A stretch of DNA of 55,699 nucleotides from a virus (Duplodnaviria > Caudoviricetes): the IMG/VR virus record IMGVR_UViG_3300032087_006210, positions 1 to 55,699 of that record; one strand, given 5' to 3'. The notes below the pieces were generated by a model. The model did no database searches. It was not told the origin of the DNA and saw only the letters and a list, made by a program, of their open reading frames with translations. The first letter of the stretch is position 1. The number at the start of each line of letters is the position of its first letter. Both the position numbers and the translations under genes were made by a program. Below, piece after piece: positions 37,735 to 46,171 of this stretch.

Positions 37735-37868
37735 GGAAAAAATGCACCTCCGGTGCATTTTTTTTGAGTGTAATTTTTTTTCGATTATTGTGTTTTTTAT
37801 GTTGCAATTCATCTCCAAATGGTGCATCATTTTTTCGTTGGCAATGAGGTCAACACCCTATCAAAGTT

Positions 37869-38636
37869 ATGACAGGTTTAATGTTACACTGCGGGGCGAA
37901 CCGAGTCGAGTACGGCGAAGTTCAGGATTCCGTGACGCCCGAGGCAACTCGGACGCACACGCCCATCCCCCATTCCCACCTCGTTGACCTAGTTCGCGAT
38001 GGTTTGGGCCGTGCGAATATGGCTATCCTTGAGGAAAGTCATGCTCTCACTCACGATGCAAATCGGTACTTCGGTTTGTTTCGCATCGGCACTGGTAGCG
38101 AATCCAGTGAATCTCAGGATTACGGTGCAGTCATGGGGCTGCGTAATTCTCACGACAAAACTTTTCCATCTGCGCTTGCGTTTGGTGCGAATGTTTTTGT
38201 CTGCGACAACCTCTCCTTCAACGGCGAGGTCAAGTTAGGCCGTAAGCATACGGTTCACATCCTCCGCGATTTGCCACAGTTGGTGTCCCGCACCATCGGC
38301 AAGTTGGGTGACGCATGGGGTTTGCAGAAGCAACGCTTCAACGCATACCGCGATCACGGGCTGTCCCGTTCCGAGGCGCACGATGTTATCATCGAGGCGT
38401 TCCGCGCTGGTGCTTGTACAAGCACGCAGATTCGCAAGGTGGTTGATCAATGGCACGCGCCAAACCACCCTGAGTTCAAGCCGCGCAATGCGTGGTCAAT
38501 GTTCAATGCCTTCACCGAGGTGTTGAAAGGCAACCTCAACGAGTTGCCCAAGCGCACGCAAGCTCTCCATGGTTTCATGGACGGTCACTGCGGGGTCAAG
38601 TTCGAGCGTCAGGCTGACGTCGTGCTGGAGGCCTAA
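37869..38636 (+). CDS. DUF932 family protein
   Basis: GLRNSHDKT...GANVFVCDNL...RKHT, NAWSMFNAFTE. Confidence 0.85.
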   Translation: MTGLMLHCGANRVEYGEVQDSVTPEATRTHTPIPHSHLVDLVRDGLGRANMAILEESHALTHDANRYFGLFRIGTGSESSESQDYGAVMGLRNSHDKTFPSALAFGANVFVCDNLSFNGEVKLGRKHTVHILRDLPQLVSRTIGKLGDAWGLQKQRFNAYRDHGLSRSEAHDVIIEAFRAGACTSTQIRKVVDQWHAPNHPEFKPRNAWSMFNAFTEVLKGNLNELPKRTQALHGFMDGHCGVKFERQADVVLEA

Positions 38637-38668
38637 CACCTTGGCCCTCCCTGCGGGGAGGGCCATGT

Positions 38669-38710
38669 CCTCATAACGCAAACCTACCCGCGCAAGCGGG
38701 TAGGTTTTTT
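38669..38710 (+). terminator. CCTCATAAC plus terminator
   Basis: CCTCATAAC-GC-AAACCTACCCGC-GCAA-GCGGGTAGGTTTTTT, preceded by a hairpin at 38642-38665. Confidence 0.85.
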
Positions 38711-38734
38711 CTTTGAATTTTTTTGATTTTTCCC

Positions 38735-38781
38735 TTGACATCTAACGGCCGGCGGGCCGCCCGCGAAGCGTTAGAAGTCAA
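38735..38781. repeat. 47-bp dyad element copy 7
   Basis: TTGACATCTAACG-GCCGGCGGGCCGCCCGCGAAG-CGTTAGAAGTCAA. Confidence 0.95.
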
Positions 38782-38849
38782 CCAAAAACTTTTTTAAAAA
38801 AAGTTTTTTTAAAATTTGACATTCGGCCGCTTTACTGTAGACTTGGGGC

Positions 38850-39059
38850 ATGGAAACAAATAAGAGCCATCAAATGGAATCTTTTCTTGAAAACATGGGC
38901 CAGCAATTGTTTGGCCGCAGTCGCGAGGTTTCTTCCGACAACCAATTGTGCATTTCATGCGGCGCAGATGCAAATCATTTCCGTGATGAAATTTCACGCA
39001 AAGAGTACGGCATATCTAAGCTGTGTCAAACGTGTCAAGATTCTGTGTTTGGGGGTTGA
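38850..39059 (+). CDS. Small zinc-binding phage protein
   Basis: CISC...FRDEISRKEYGISKLCQTCQD; leaderless after TTGACA-16-TAGACT. Confidence 0.75.
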   Translation: METNKSHQMESFLENMGQQLFGRSREVSSDNQLCISCGADANHFRDEISRKEYGISKLCQTCQDSVFGG

Positions 39060-39093
39060 CATTTGCACAGATAGCTGTTAAATTTTTTTTGTT

Positions 39094-39726
39094 ATGAGAA
39101 TGACCGTCAAAGAAGTCACACAGAAAGTTGGTTCGTTGTCCAAGCCGTCCAAGATGCCGGGCCACGGATACAGCACGCCAGCAAAAGATTGTATCACGGG
39201 CAGCAAGCTGGCCAAGATAGTTGATTCTATCTGTTCAATTTGCTACGCCAAAAAAGGCCGTTATGTTTTTCCGAATGTTATCGCGGCAATGGAAAAACGG
39301 TTAAAATCTTTAAGTAGTTTGCATTGGGTGGACTACATGGTTTTTCTTATCGGCAAGCAAGAGAAGAGCGGATATTTTCGCTGGCATGATAGCGGCGATG
39401 TTCAAGGTGTCTGGCATCTTGAGAAGATTGCAGAGGTTGCAAGGCGATTGCCCAACATTAAATTTTGGTTGCCAACCAGAGAATACGGTTTCGTGCGGGA
39501 GTGGATGAAATTCGCTAAAGTGCCAAAAAATTTGACAATAAGACTGTCCGCTTACATGATAGACGGCAAGCCGCCAACTAGCTTGGCAAAAAAATTAGGA
39601 TTAACAACAAGCGGTGTTTCTCCTGACGGGTTCAACTGTCCAGCCTCAAAACAGGACAACCAGTGCGCCGAGTGCCGCGCTTGTTGGGACGGTTCGGTTG
39701 AGAATATCAATTACAAAAAGCACTGA
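39094..39726 (+). CDS. GP88-like Cys-rich protein (radical-SAM-related)
   Basis: CSICYAKKGRY, FRWHDSGD, WLPTRE, CPA...CAECRACW. Confidence 0.8.
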   Translation: MRMTVKEVTQKVGSLSKPSKMPGHGYSTPAKDCITGSKLAKIVDSICSICYAKKGRYVFPNVIAAMEKRLKSLSSLHWVDYMVFLIGKQEKSGYFRWHDSGDVQGVWHLEKIAEVARRLPNIKFWLPTREYGFVREWMKFAKVPKNLTIRLSAYMIDGKPPTSLAKKLGLTTSGVSPDGFNCPASKQDNQCAECRACWDGSVENINYKKH

Positions 39727-39733
39727 GGTTGAT

Positions 39734-39763
39734 AAAAAAAATCTCCGAAAGGAGATTTTTTTT
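39734..39763 (+). terminator. Intrinsic terminator
   Basis: AAAAATCTCC-GAAA-GGAGATTTTTTTT. Confidence 0.85.
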
Positions 39764-39765
39764 CC

Positions 39766-39812
39766 TTGACATCTAACAGGCTGCGGGGTCGCCGCGCCGC
39801 GTTAGATTACAA
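39766..39812. repeat. 47-bp dyad element copy 8 (degenerate)
   Basis: TTGACATCTAACA-GGCTGCGGGGTCGCCGCGCCG-CGTTAGATTACAA. Confidence 0.9.
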
Positions 39813-39972
39813 ATTTATTAAAATTTTATAATTATATATCGCGCCCTTTATTTGTTATTAAGTTATTTATAATTCACTTATTTGTATTTGCCTTATTTAC
39901 AATTTATTTATTTACAATTATATTATTTACTTATTTAGTGTTTATTTATTTAGCTTTTTATTATTTACAATT

Positions 39973-40173
39973 CTATTTTTTATCCGGCCCATTATATATT
40001 ATTACATTGACATATTCGCTATCTTCGTAATCGTTGAGTGCCATGTTGCCGGTCGCCGCTTCCCACATACGAGAGATCTTCACCTTGTTGGAGGTCGTGG
40101 AGCTTTGCTCCACGACCTCCCTCCGCATATCCTCGATATGCTTACGCTGTTTTTGACTTGACATCTGTATCAA
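39973..40173 (-). CDS. Hypothetical protein
   Basis: 66 aa downstream of RuvB-like gene. Confidence 0.5.
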   Translation of the reverse strand: MIQMSSQKQRKHIEDMRREVVEQSSTTSNKVKISRMWEAATGNMALNDYEDSEYVNVIIYNGPDKK

Positions 40174-41086
40174 TATAATCGCTACCTGCCTTGGTGATAT
40201 GCCGCTTGCCGTCGATCTTAATAAGATTTTTCTTCATCAAATAAAGTTCAACGTCACGTTGAATCGCAGTACGACTCATGCCAGTTTTCGCGCACAACTC
40301 CTGCAACGATGCCTGACCTTCCTCGCGCAAAATCTTGAGAATTTTTTTCTCAATGTGACTCACGCCCAACGGATTGATACCCAACTGGTCGCAGAAGTCA
40401 GGGAAATCAGATTCCATGAATATCTTCGACCCCTTCGCGGAGCAAAACAACTCAATATCTTTTGCTCGTTTAACACAATCTCGCGCATTGCCGCGAGACG
40501 TTTCAGCCAACTTGACCAGCACCGATTCCTCAAACGAAATATCTTCGCATTGAGATTCAAGAATTTTTGCCAATTCAGATGCAGAATAATCCTCAAAATC
40601 AACTGTCGTGAGGCGATCTTTGAGCGGCGGGAACAACTTGTCTGGCTCGGTTGTAGCAAACAAAAAAGTCTGCTTCTTGAAGTCAAACGGGTATTCGCCG
40701 TCGCGCCAACGAAAGTCGCGGGTATGTCCGCGCTCAGTATTAAATACCGTGAGGAACGCATTGGTTACGTCCTTGGGCAACTCATGTGCCTCGTCGAACA
40801 ATACGGTGATCTCGTTGTCCATGACGAGCGGAATATAAATCTGGTCGAAGAATCCCTCCAGATTTTTTATTGTGGAGCAGTTAAGCTCAAGAAATGGGCG
40901 GGACTTACCATCTTGATTGCTCAAGTTACTGGCAAATTGCCGCGCAAACTCAGTTTTACCCAACCCCTTGGCCCCAACGAGCAATAGGAACGGGCAAATA
41001 CTTGTATTTTCAAACGCTTTTAAATAAAATTTTAAGCGTTTCTTGACGTTGTTTTGTCCAAACAGTTCAGCAAATGGTTCTGACAT
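40142..41086 (-). CDS. ruvB: RuvB-like AAA+ Holliday junction branch-migration ATPase
   Basis: FGQNNVK, GAKGLGKT, LFDEAH, ATTE...PLKDR, SRGNAR, C-terminal winged helix. Confidence 0.8.
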   Translation of the reverse strand: MSEPFAELFGQNNVKKRLKFYLKAFENTSICPFLLLVGAKGLGKTEFARQFASNLSNQDGKSRPFLELNCSTIKNLEGFFDQIYIPLVMDNEITVLFDEAHELPKDVTNAFLTVFNTERGHTRDFRWRDGEYPFDFKKQTFLFATTEPDKLFPPLKDRLTTVDFEDYSASELAKILESQCEDISFEESVLVKLAETSRGNARDCVKRAKDIELFCSAKGSKIFMESDFPDFCDQLGINPLGVSHIEKKILKILREEGQASLQELCAKTGMSRTAIQRDVELYLMKKNLIKIDGKRHITKAGSDYIDTDVKSKTA

Positions 41087-41087
41087 A

Positions 41088-41354
41088 TCAATCGAATGTG
41101 GTTAACTTGTATGCGATTTTTTCTTGCACCGCATCAGCAGCAGAAGAAGTGTCCTCTACTGGAGCAGGTTTGTCAACAATTTTTTTAAAAAGTTCATCGT
41201 TGAATTTTCTACCAATAACAACATCGTCATCATCACCAAGTCCTGCTGCGATTAAATCGCGCAATTTTACGGTCATTAAACTGACGCTGCCTTTCTTACG
41301 TCCGCTGCCTTTCTTGCGCGGCGTACCGTCTTTATTGTAAGTGACCTTGGCCAT
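41088..41354 (-). CDS. Small basic DNA-binding-like protein
   Basis: RKKGSGRKKGS; leaderless after TTGACA-17-TATATT. Confidence 0.6.
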   Translation of the reverse strand: MAKVTYNKDGTPRKKGSGRKKGSVSLMTVKLRDLIAAGLGDDDDVVIGRKFNDELFKKIVDKPAPVEDTSSAADAVQEKIAYKLTTFD

Positions 41355-41422
41355 GCGAAAAATATATGTCAGTCAACATATCATGTCAACTTTTTTTTAA
41401 ATATTTTTTTTAATAACTTTTT

Positions 41423-41716
41423 TTGATGTATATTATATGTGGTATGTCAAGTCTTAAATTCACCAATTACGAGGGACAAAAATATGAATTAAAAATACGT
41501 AAACCGCGAAAAGAAATTGAGGCTGAGGGAATTTGCTATCCGCCCAAGGACGGAGGTTGCGCCAAAATTTTAATAAATCCTCATCAAGATGATGATAATT
41601 ACAATGAAACTTTAATTCATGAATTGAGTCACGCATTTTTCTGGGGAACTGACGAGGAAAAAATTACTTATTTCGCTAAAAAACTTTCACAAATTTTAAA
41701 AAAATTGGGGCGTTGA
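41423..41716 (+). CDS. HExxH metallopeptidase-like protein
   Basis: ILINP...ETLIHELSHAFF. Confidence 0.65.
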   Translation: MMYIICGMSSLKFTNYEGQKYELKIRKPRKEIEAEGICYPPKDGGCAKILINPHQDDDNYNETLIHELSHAFFWGTDEEKITYFAKKLSQILKKLGR

Positions 41717-41813
41717 ACATCTATGTTTATGATTAGAAATACACTTTTTGTATTTACAATGTGAAACATACGATGAAACTACTTTTCAACTATACTTGTT
41801 ATTTAGCAAAAAA

Positions 41814-41999
41814 TCATTCATAATTTGGGTTATTTAAAATATCCTTTATTTGTTTATTTGCCGCTCGTAATTCAAACATCAACCTTCCGCGCAATTCTAA
41901 TAAATTTTTTTCAGCTTGTTTACGTTGTTTCTTGTCGCCAAATTTTAATAAATTTTTATTTAAATTTATCTCGTTGTCATAAAATTGTTCGTCATACAT
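41814..41999 (-). CDS. Hypothetical protein
   Basis: 61 aa helical ORF. Confidence 0.45.
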   Translation of the reverse strand: MYDEQFYDNEINLNKNLLKFGDKKQRKQAEKNLLELRGRLMFELRAANKQIKDILNNPNYE

Positions 42000-42300
42000 A
42001 TATTTGGTATAATATTGTTCATAATTTGAATGCTTATATTTCGCAAAATATCGTTCATAATTCCAACAAATTTAAAAAAATTTAATTTAATGCTTTTAAA
42101 TTTTAAAAAATTTTGGGCATTATATTTGGCAATATTTCATTCACAATTAGGCGTTTTCGTCGCGCCCCAAATCAATCTTCGGATTGTTCACAACCTGACG
42201 CATGATCTCGATGATGAGTTCGTCGCGGGGGTCTTTGGGTTTGAAGTCGGCCTCATTAGAAAATATTTTTTCTAATGTTTCAAGATCATAGTCTCCAATT

Positions 42301-42552
42301 TTAATTGTTACTGATTTCATTATTTATTTTATTATATTCTTTATCTATTTTTTGTCTATAATATAGAGTCATTTCTTCGTCTACCTTTTGTTCGTATCCC
42401 CTCTGGAACGAAATAAAACCAAATATAAACCACATACAATGTATTAGTATACCTGTTATTAAATCTACTTTACCTATAATTAAAGCAAGTAATAAAAACA
42501 CACTTAATATTAACATTATATTCTTATGTATTATATATTGTATTTGATTCAT
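42301..42552 (-). CDS. Small membrane protein
   Basis: Two hydrophobic segments; very AT-rich. Confidence 0.45.
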   Translation of the reverse strand: MNQIQYIIHKNIMLILSVFLLLALIIGKVDLITGILIHCMWFIFGFISFQRGYEQKVDEEMTLYYRQKIDKEYNKINNEISNN

Positions 42553-42726
42553 TTAAATTTTAATAAATTTTGGGGAAAGAGAGAGGCTGGCGAGAGAGAA
42601 AGGGGGCGTAGTACATATTTTTTAAATTTCCTTATATTTTTTTAAATATTTTAAATAATTTACTTTCTACTCTATTTATGTTTACCTATTGTTATTTATT
42701 TATTCTTATAGAGAATTATGTACGAA

Positions 42727-43143
42727 TTATATATTTTCGTAACAATGAATGAATAATGGGGTATAATCACCAACATACGCTGAAACTACGTTATATTCCA
42801 TAAATTCATGCGCTTCTTCAAGTGACATACCATCACGTTCACGCAAAATATCAATACACTTATGGTAAGAATAAGAAATACTTTGCGAATTACCATCCCA
42901 ACCAATAATAGCATCATCAAAGCCATCAGCAAATACTGACTCAGGAAAATTTTCCTCCAGTTCAATGCGCCGCTCAGACTTGGAAACAATGTCTCCCTCA
43001 GTCTCCAGCTTGTTCACCAGAGCAGTCAATTTGTGATACTGTTCTTCGTAGAACTCGCGAGTGTAACCCTCGTTGTGAGGTGCAGACATTTCAACTTGGC
43101 ACTTGCTGATTTGAGCTTTGATCTGATTTATGTCAGTAGTCAT
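42727..43143 (-). CDS. Phage hypothetical protein
   Basis: ADGFDDAIIG...GMSLEEAHEFMEYNVVSAYVGDYTP; leaderless promoter. Confidence 0.75.
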   Translation of the reverse strand: MTTDINQIKAQISKCQVEMSAPHNEGYTREFYEEQYHKLTALVNKLETEGDIVSKSERRIELEENFPESVFADGFDDAIIGWDGNSQSISYSYHKCIDILRERDGMSLEEAHEFMEYNVVSAYVGDYTPLFIHCYENI

Positions 43144-43155
43144 GCAAAAACAATA

Positions 43156-43359
43156 TCATGCGTCCTTCGATGCGTCAACATCTTTTTCAGACTTTTTTTC
43201 AATTTTTTCCAACGCATATTCCATGCTGCTCCACTCATATTTAAAACTTTTCTCCCATTCTTGTTGCGCTTCTTCGTCATTGTCGGCCCAAAAATAGATA
43301 TTGCTCCAATCTTTTGCGCCTTTTATTCTGTATTTTGCGGCGTATTGTTGTTTAGACAT
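43156..43359 (-). CDS. Hypothetical protein
   Basis: 67 aa. Confidence 0.55.
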   Translation of the reverse strand: MSKQQYAAKYRIKGAKDWSNIYFWADNDEEAQQEWEKSFKYEWSSMEYALEKIEKKSEKDVDASKDA

Positions 43360-43502
43360 GATGTATTACAATGTAATGAACAAGTGAAATGATTAAAATT
43401 GAGGTGAACATAAGCCCTAGAAGCACCAAAATCAGCAGCAAATTCTCATTAAATTTTTTTAAAACTTTTTCGATTTGTAGTTTTTGTTTTTCGCCCATGT
43501 AT

Positions 43503-43721
43503 TTAAACTAAATCGTAATTGCTTACGCCTTCAAGTATATGCCCCAATAATTCGTTCAATGTTTCAATTTGTTCTTCTGTATATTCGCTTCTTGTGCCGT
43601 GATACATTTCGTGCAAGTATTTTAAATCGTCTCCCTTGAAGTTAAGTGTCACTTCTTTTTCTGAAATAAACGTGCCTCCCAAATCGGCATCCTGTCTTGT
43701 ATGTGATTCAACTAATTCCAT
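43503..43721 (-). CDS. Hypothetical protein
   Basis: 72 aa acidic, AGGAG upstream. Confidence 0.55.
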   Translation of the reverse strand: MELVESHTRQDADLGGTFISEKEVTLNFKGDDLKYLHEMYHGTRSEYTEEQIETLNELLGHILEGVSNYDLV

Positions 43722-43722
43722 A

Positions 43723-43926
43723 TTAAATATCTCCTGCTGCGACTGTCGCTGAGTTTTCCCTTGCTTTTACCAAAATATAATCGAGCGATTCTTGCACTTG
43801 TTGTCTACCCCAACGGGTTGTAATTACCGTTTGCCCTGCTGCTCTTTCGATTGAAACAACCGTATCAAGATTAAATAATATTTCTTGATTAGTGTTTTGA
43901 TCTGTCAGTTGAATTAAATGCGCCAT
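43723..43926 (-). CDS. Small protein, FlbD-like
   Basis: LIQLT...ILFNLDTVVSIE...TVI...VQES..YI. Confidence 0.5.
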   Translation of the reverse strand: MAHLIQLTDQNTNQEILFNLDTVVSIERAAGQTVITTRWGRQQVQESLDYILVKARENSATVAAGDI

Positions 43927-44065
43927 TTTCTATATCGTCTTGGTCAGTAGTTGCTACTGCTCTAAACTTATCATACTTTTTTGCTGGTTTTTTCCAGTCG
44001 ATTTCATCAAAATTTTTTTTAAATTCTGACGAAAAACAGTTTCTTGGTTTATCTCCTTTACCCAT
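43889..44065 (-). CDS. Small phage protein (58 aa, not in ORF track)
   Basis: MGKGDKPRNC...FKKNFDEIDW. Confidence 0.5.
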   Translation of the reverse strand: MGKGDKPRNCFSSEFKKNFDEIDWKKPAKKYDKFRAVATTDQDDIENGAFNSTDRSKH

Positions 44066-44068
44066 AAA

Positions 44069-44299
44069 TTATTTATTTGCTTCTAAAATGGCTTTGCGTT
44101 CCCATTTTTTTTGCAATTTATTTAAATCATCTATCAACTTGACTTCCATTTTGAGCGTGTAGGTATTTTGCCAACTCGCTATGCTATTGATGAGGCGATC
44201 AAATTCTACTTTAGCAAACGGCATATTTTGATTTAATTCGTTTAATCTATTTGATGCTTTGCCGTAGTTGAGTTTTATTTTATTCATTGTCTTTAACAA
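44069..44299 (-). CDS. Hypothetical protein
   Basis: 76 aa in operon. Confidence 0.5.
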   Translation of the reverse strand: MLKTMNKIKLNYGKASNRLNELNQNMPFAKVEFDRLINSIASWQNTYTLKMEVKLIDDLNKLQKKWERKAILEANK

Positions 44300-44657
44300 A
44301 TTTCGCTATATCTAGTTGCTCTTGAAAATTTTCGTAAAGAAATTCGTCTGATAAATCGCTATTAGAGGGGTCGTAGTCAGGGTCTAAAAACGGATGCGCT
44401 TGAAATTCATTTGCGGTAATTTGTACGCGAGACTCTTTCTTCCAAGGACGCTTGGCCTCTTTGCATTTTGGGCAATTAAATTTAATAGTCGGGCCATCAA
44501 AATCAGAATCTACTTTTACTATATCAACTTCTTCTGTCATATAGTTTGGTATTTCTCGCTTTGATTCATCTTCCCGATAACAATCCTCGCAGAATACCCA
44601 TGTAATTATATCACGCGAGTTGCCATTCTGAAATTTTAAATAATTTTCACCGATCAT
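44280..44657 (-). CDS. Zinc-binding hypothetical protein
   Basis: CEDC...CPKC. Confidence 0.55.
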   Translation of the reverse strand: MIGENYLKFQNGNSRDIITWVFCEDCYREDESKREIPNYMTEEVDIVKVDSDFDGPTIKFNCPKCKEAKRPWKKESRVQITANEFQAHPFLDPDYDPSNSDLSDEFLYENFQEQLDIAKFVKDNE

Positions 44658-44662
44658 GTTTT

Positions 44663-44866
44663 TTAATCGTCAATGTCATCCCAATTATTCACAACGCTCA
44701 ACAAAATTGATGCTGCTTCATCATATTTGGCTGCTTGAGATTTGTAATATTCCTTGTCTTGCTTGGAATTTTTTTTAGAAATACGCTTCTTCGACTTTTC
44801 TGCGAGCAAATTTGCATAATGTCGAGCCGCGATTTGAGCTTGTCGGATGCCTTCGTATGTGGTCAT
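44663..44866 (-). CDS. Hypothetical protein
   Basis: 67 aa coupled to upstream stop. Confidence 0.55.
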   Translation of the reverse strand: MTTYEGIRQAQIAARHYANLLAEKSKKRISKKNSKQDKEYYKSQAAKYDEAASILLSVVNNWDDIDD

Positions 44867-45558
44867 TTCTCTAAAACTTTGCTCCAGTAGCGAGAATTTT
44901 TGCGATTCTGGTTCTTATCCCAATAAATGCAACGTGCCATGTACGGTGCAATGTCACGGTCTGCACTACGTTGTAGCCAATCTGCCTCAATATCGTTGTA
45001 TAACTTGGCATTTTTGCTTTGGTTTAATCCATAAACTTGAAACAAATGAGTGTCCATGCAAACAACTTGAGCTTCAAGTGGAAACATCATTTCGATTGCG
45101 AACGAAGTTTTCGCTTTGCCCAACCCAAGAATGCTTTTGGCAAGCCGATCACGCCACTCAGTCCATCCTTCACCAGTATTACGAGCGAGGTAGTCACTAG
45201 GATTGCCCCAAAAAGCATCAGAAAACTTGCCGATATAATTAGTTCGATTATTCTGCATACCAACCCTTGTCTCTTTGATGCGTCTGAATAAATCGTCCGA
45301 ATCATAATTCCAGAGTCGCATTTGCGGTTCGTCCTCGTATTGCCATTTGCTGAATTGTTTGATTGCATTATATCCTTTACAGTTGTTTTTCCAACTTGTA
45401 TGTACTGACATAAACGCAAACAAATATCTGCGAAATATCGCGCTTTGCGATTGTGGTTTCAATTCGCCCCAATAATCATTATATGCGGCAATATCCTTAT
45501 CTTTGATTGAATCAAAGAACTTTTCAACTTTTTCTGTTTGAATCATTTTTAGCAACAA
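44863..45558 (-). CDS. HhH-GPD DNA glycosylase/lyase-like protein
   Basis: ILGLGKAKTSF helix-hairpin-helix with Lys; VVCMDTH catalytic Asp. Confidence 0.75.
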   Translation of the reverse strand: MLLKMIQTEKVEKFFDSIKDKDIAAYNDYWGELKPQSQSAIFRRYLFAFMSVHTSWKNNCKGYNAIKQFSKWQYEDEPQMRLWNYDSDDLFRRIKETRVGMQNNRTNYIGKFSDAFWGNPSDYLARNTGEGWTEWRDRLAKSILGLGKAKTSFAIEMMFPLEAQVVCMDTHLFQVYGLNQSKNAKLYNDIEADWLQRSADRDIAPYMARCIYWDKNQNRKNSRYWSKVLEK

Positions 45559-45672
45559 TTTGATTTAAAACTTTCAACAAGGCAACTTCCTCTGTTTTGA
45601 GAGGCGCGATCTCGTCGTGAAGTAACTCTAGCATAGCAATGTCATGCTCGTCAACAATTATTTCAACTTTTT

Positions 45673-45942
45673 TCATATTTTCGGATAAAAACGAAATTCT
45701 ACATCTGCGAAATCAAAAAACTCATTTCCTTCTTTACTTACGCAAGCAACAATCAGTAATGATTTAGCTTCAACTGTCACGCAACTAATCGTAACAATAT
45801 ATTCTTTTGAAGTCTTTGCTGTACTCCAAGACAACTTATGTTCATTCAAGCCAGAAAAATGCAATGTAACATCATCGACTGACAACTTGGGGCGAATGAC
45901 TTCTGGCTTGTTACTCTCTAGTATCTTTATCTTGCCGATCAT
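45673..45942 (-). CDS. Hypothetical protein
   Basis: 89 aa. Confidence 0.5.
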   Translation of the reverse strand: MIGKIKILESNKPEVIRPKLSVDDVTLHFSGLNEHKLSWSTAKTSKEYIVTISCVTVEAKSLLIVACVSKEGNEFFDFADVEFRFYPKI

Positions 45943-46042
45943 TTTTTTTGCTTCGATTGTATGAGCCTTTACCCTTTTTGGGTTGATGAACTCTTTCTCC
46001 CGTGTTCCAAGGAACTTGCTTGCGTATCTTTTTCTTTTTCAT
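45911..46042 (-). CDS. 43-aa basic peptide with ArfA-like KKGKGSYxR motif (not in ORF track)
   Basis: MKKKKIRKQVPWNTGERVHQPKKGKGSYNRSKKNDRQDKDTRE. Confidence 0.55.
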   Translation of the reverse strand: MKKKKIRKQVPWNTGERVHQPKKGKGSYNRSKKNDRQDKDTRE

Positions 46043-46046
46043 AACT

Positions 46047-46171
46047 CATAACTCTTTGACTATTAACGGTTTAGAACTTTTGATTTTCAATAATCGTAAC
46101 TCTTTGATTATTAGAGACTTACGACTTAAAAAACTTTTTTTTCGTAAGTCTTTGATGATAAGTGATTTACG
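46047..46171. repeat. Three 29-bp imperfect palindromes at 48-bp period
   Basis: Copies start at 46047, 46095 and 46143 (e.g. CGTAACTCTTTGATTATTAGAGACTTACG). Confidence 0.75.

Noticed and set aside
31357-37987. ORFs starting MTSNGRR/MTSNAGR (31357, 35173, 37688)
   Set aside because: They start at the TTG of the repeat; real starts are the downstream GTTATG codons.
31357-39812. 47-bp repeats as a CRISPR array
   Set aside because: Copies are 0.5-2 kb apart and separated by whole genes; no cas genes in the window.
31357-39812. Canonical integron
   Set aside because: No IntI in the window, sites are shorter than known attC, and cassettes carry their own promoters; kept only as an analogy.
42553-42726. 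AT-rich gap as a replication origin
   Set aside because: No iterons or other supporting structure visible; composition alone is insufficient.
46047-46171. Mini-CRISPR
   Set aside because: Repeats are divergent and the 19-nt gaps are short and low-complexity.
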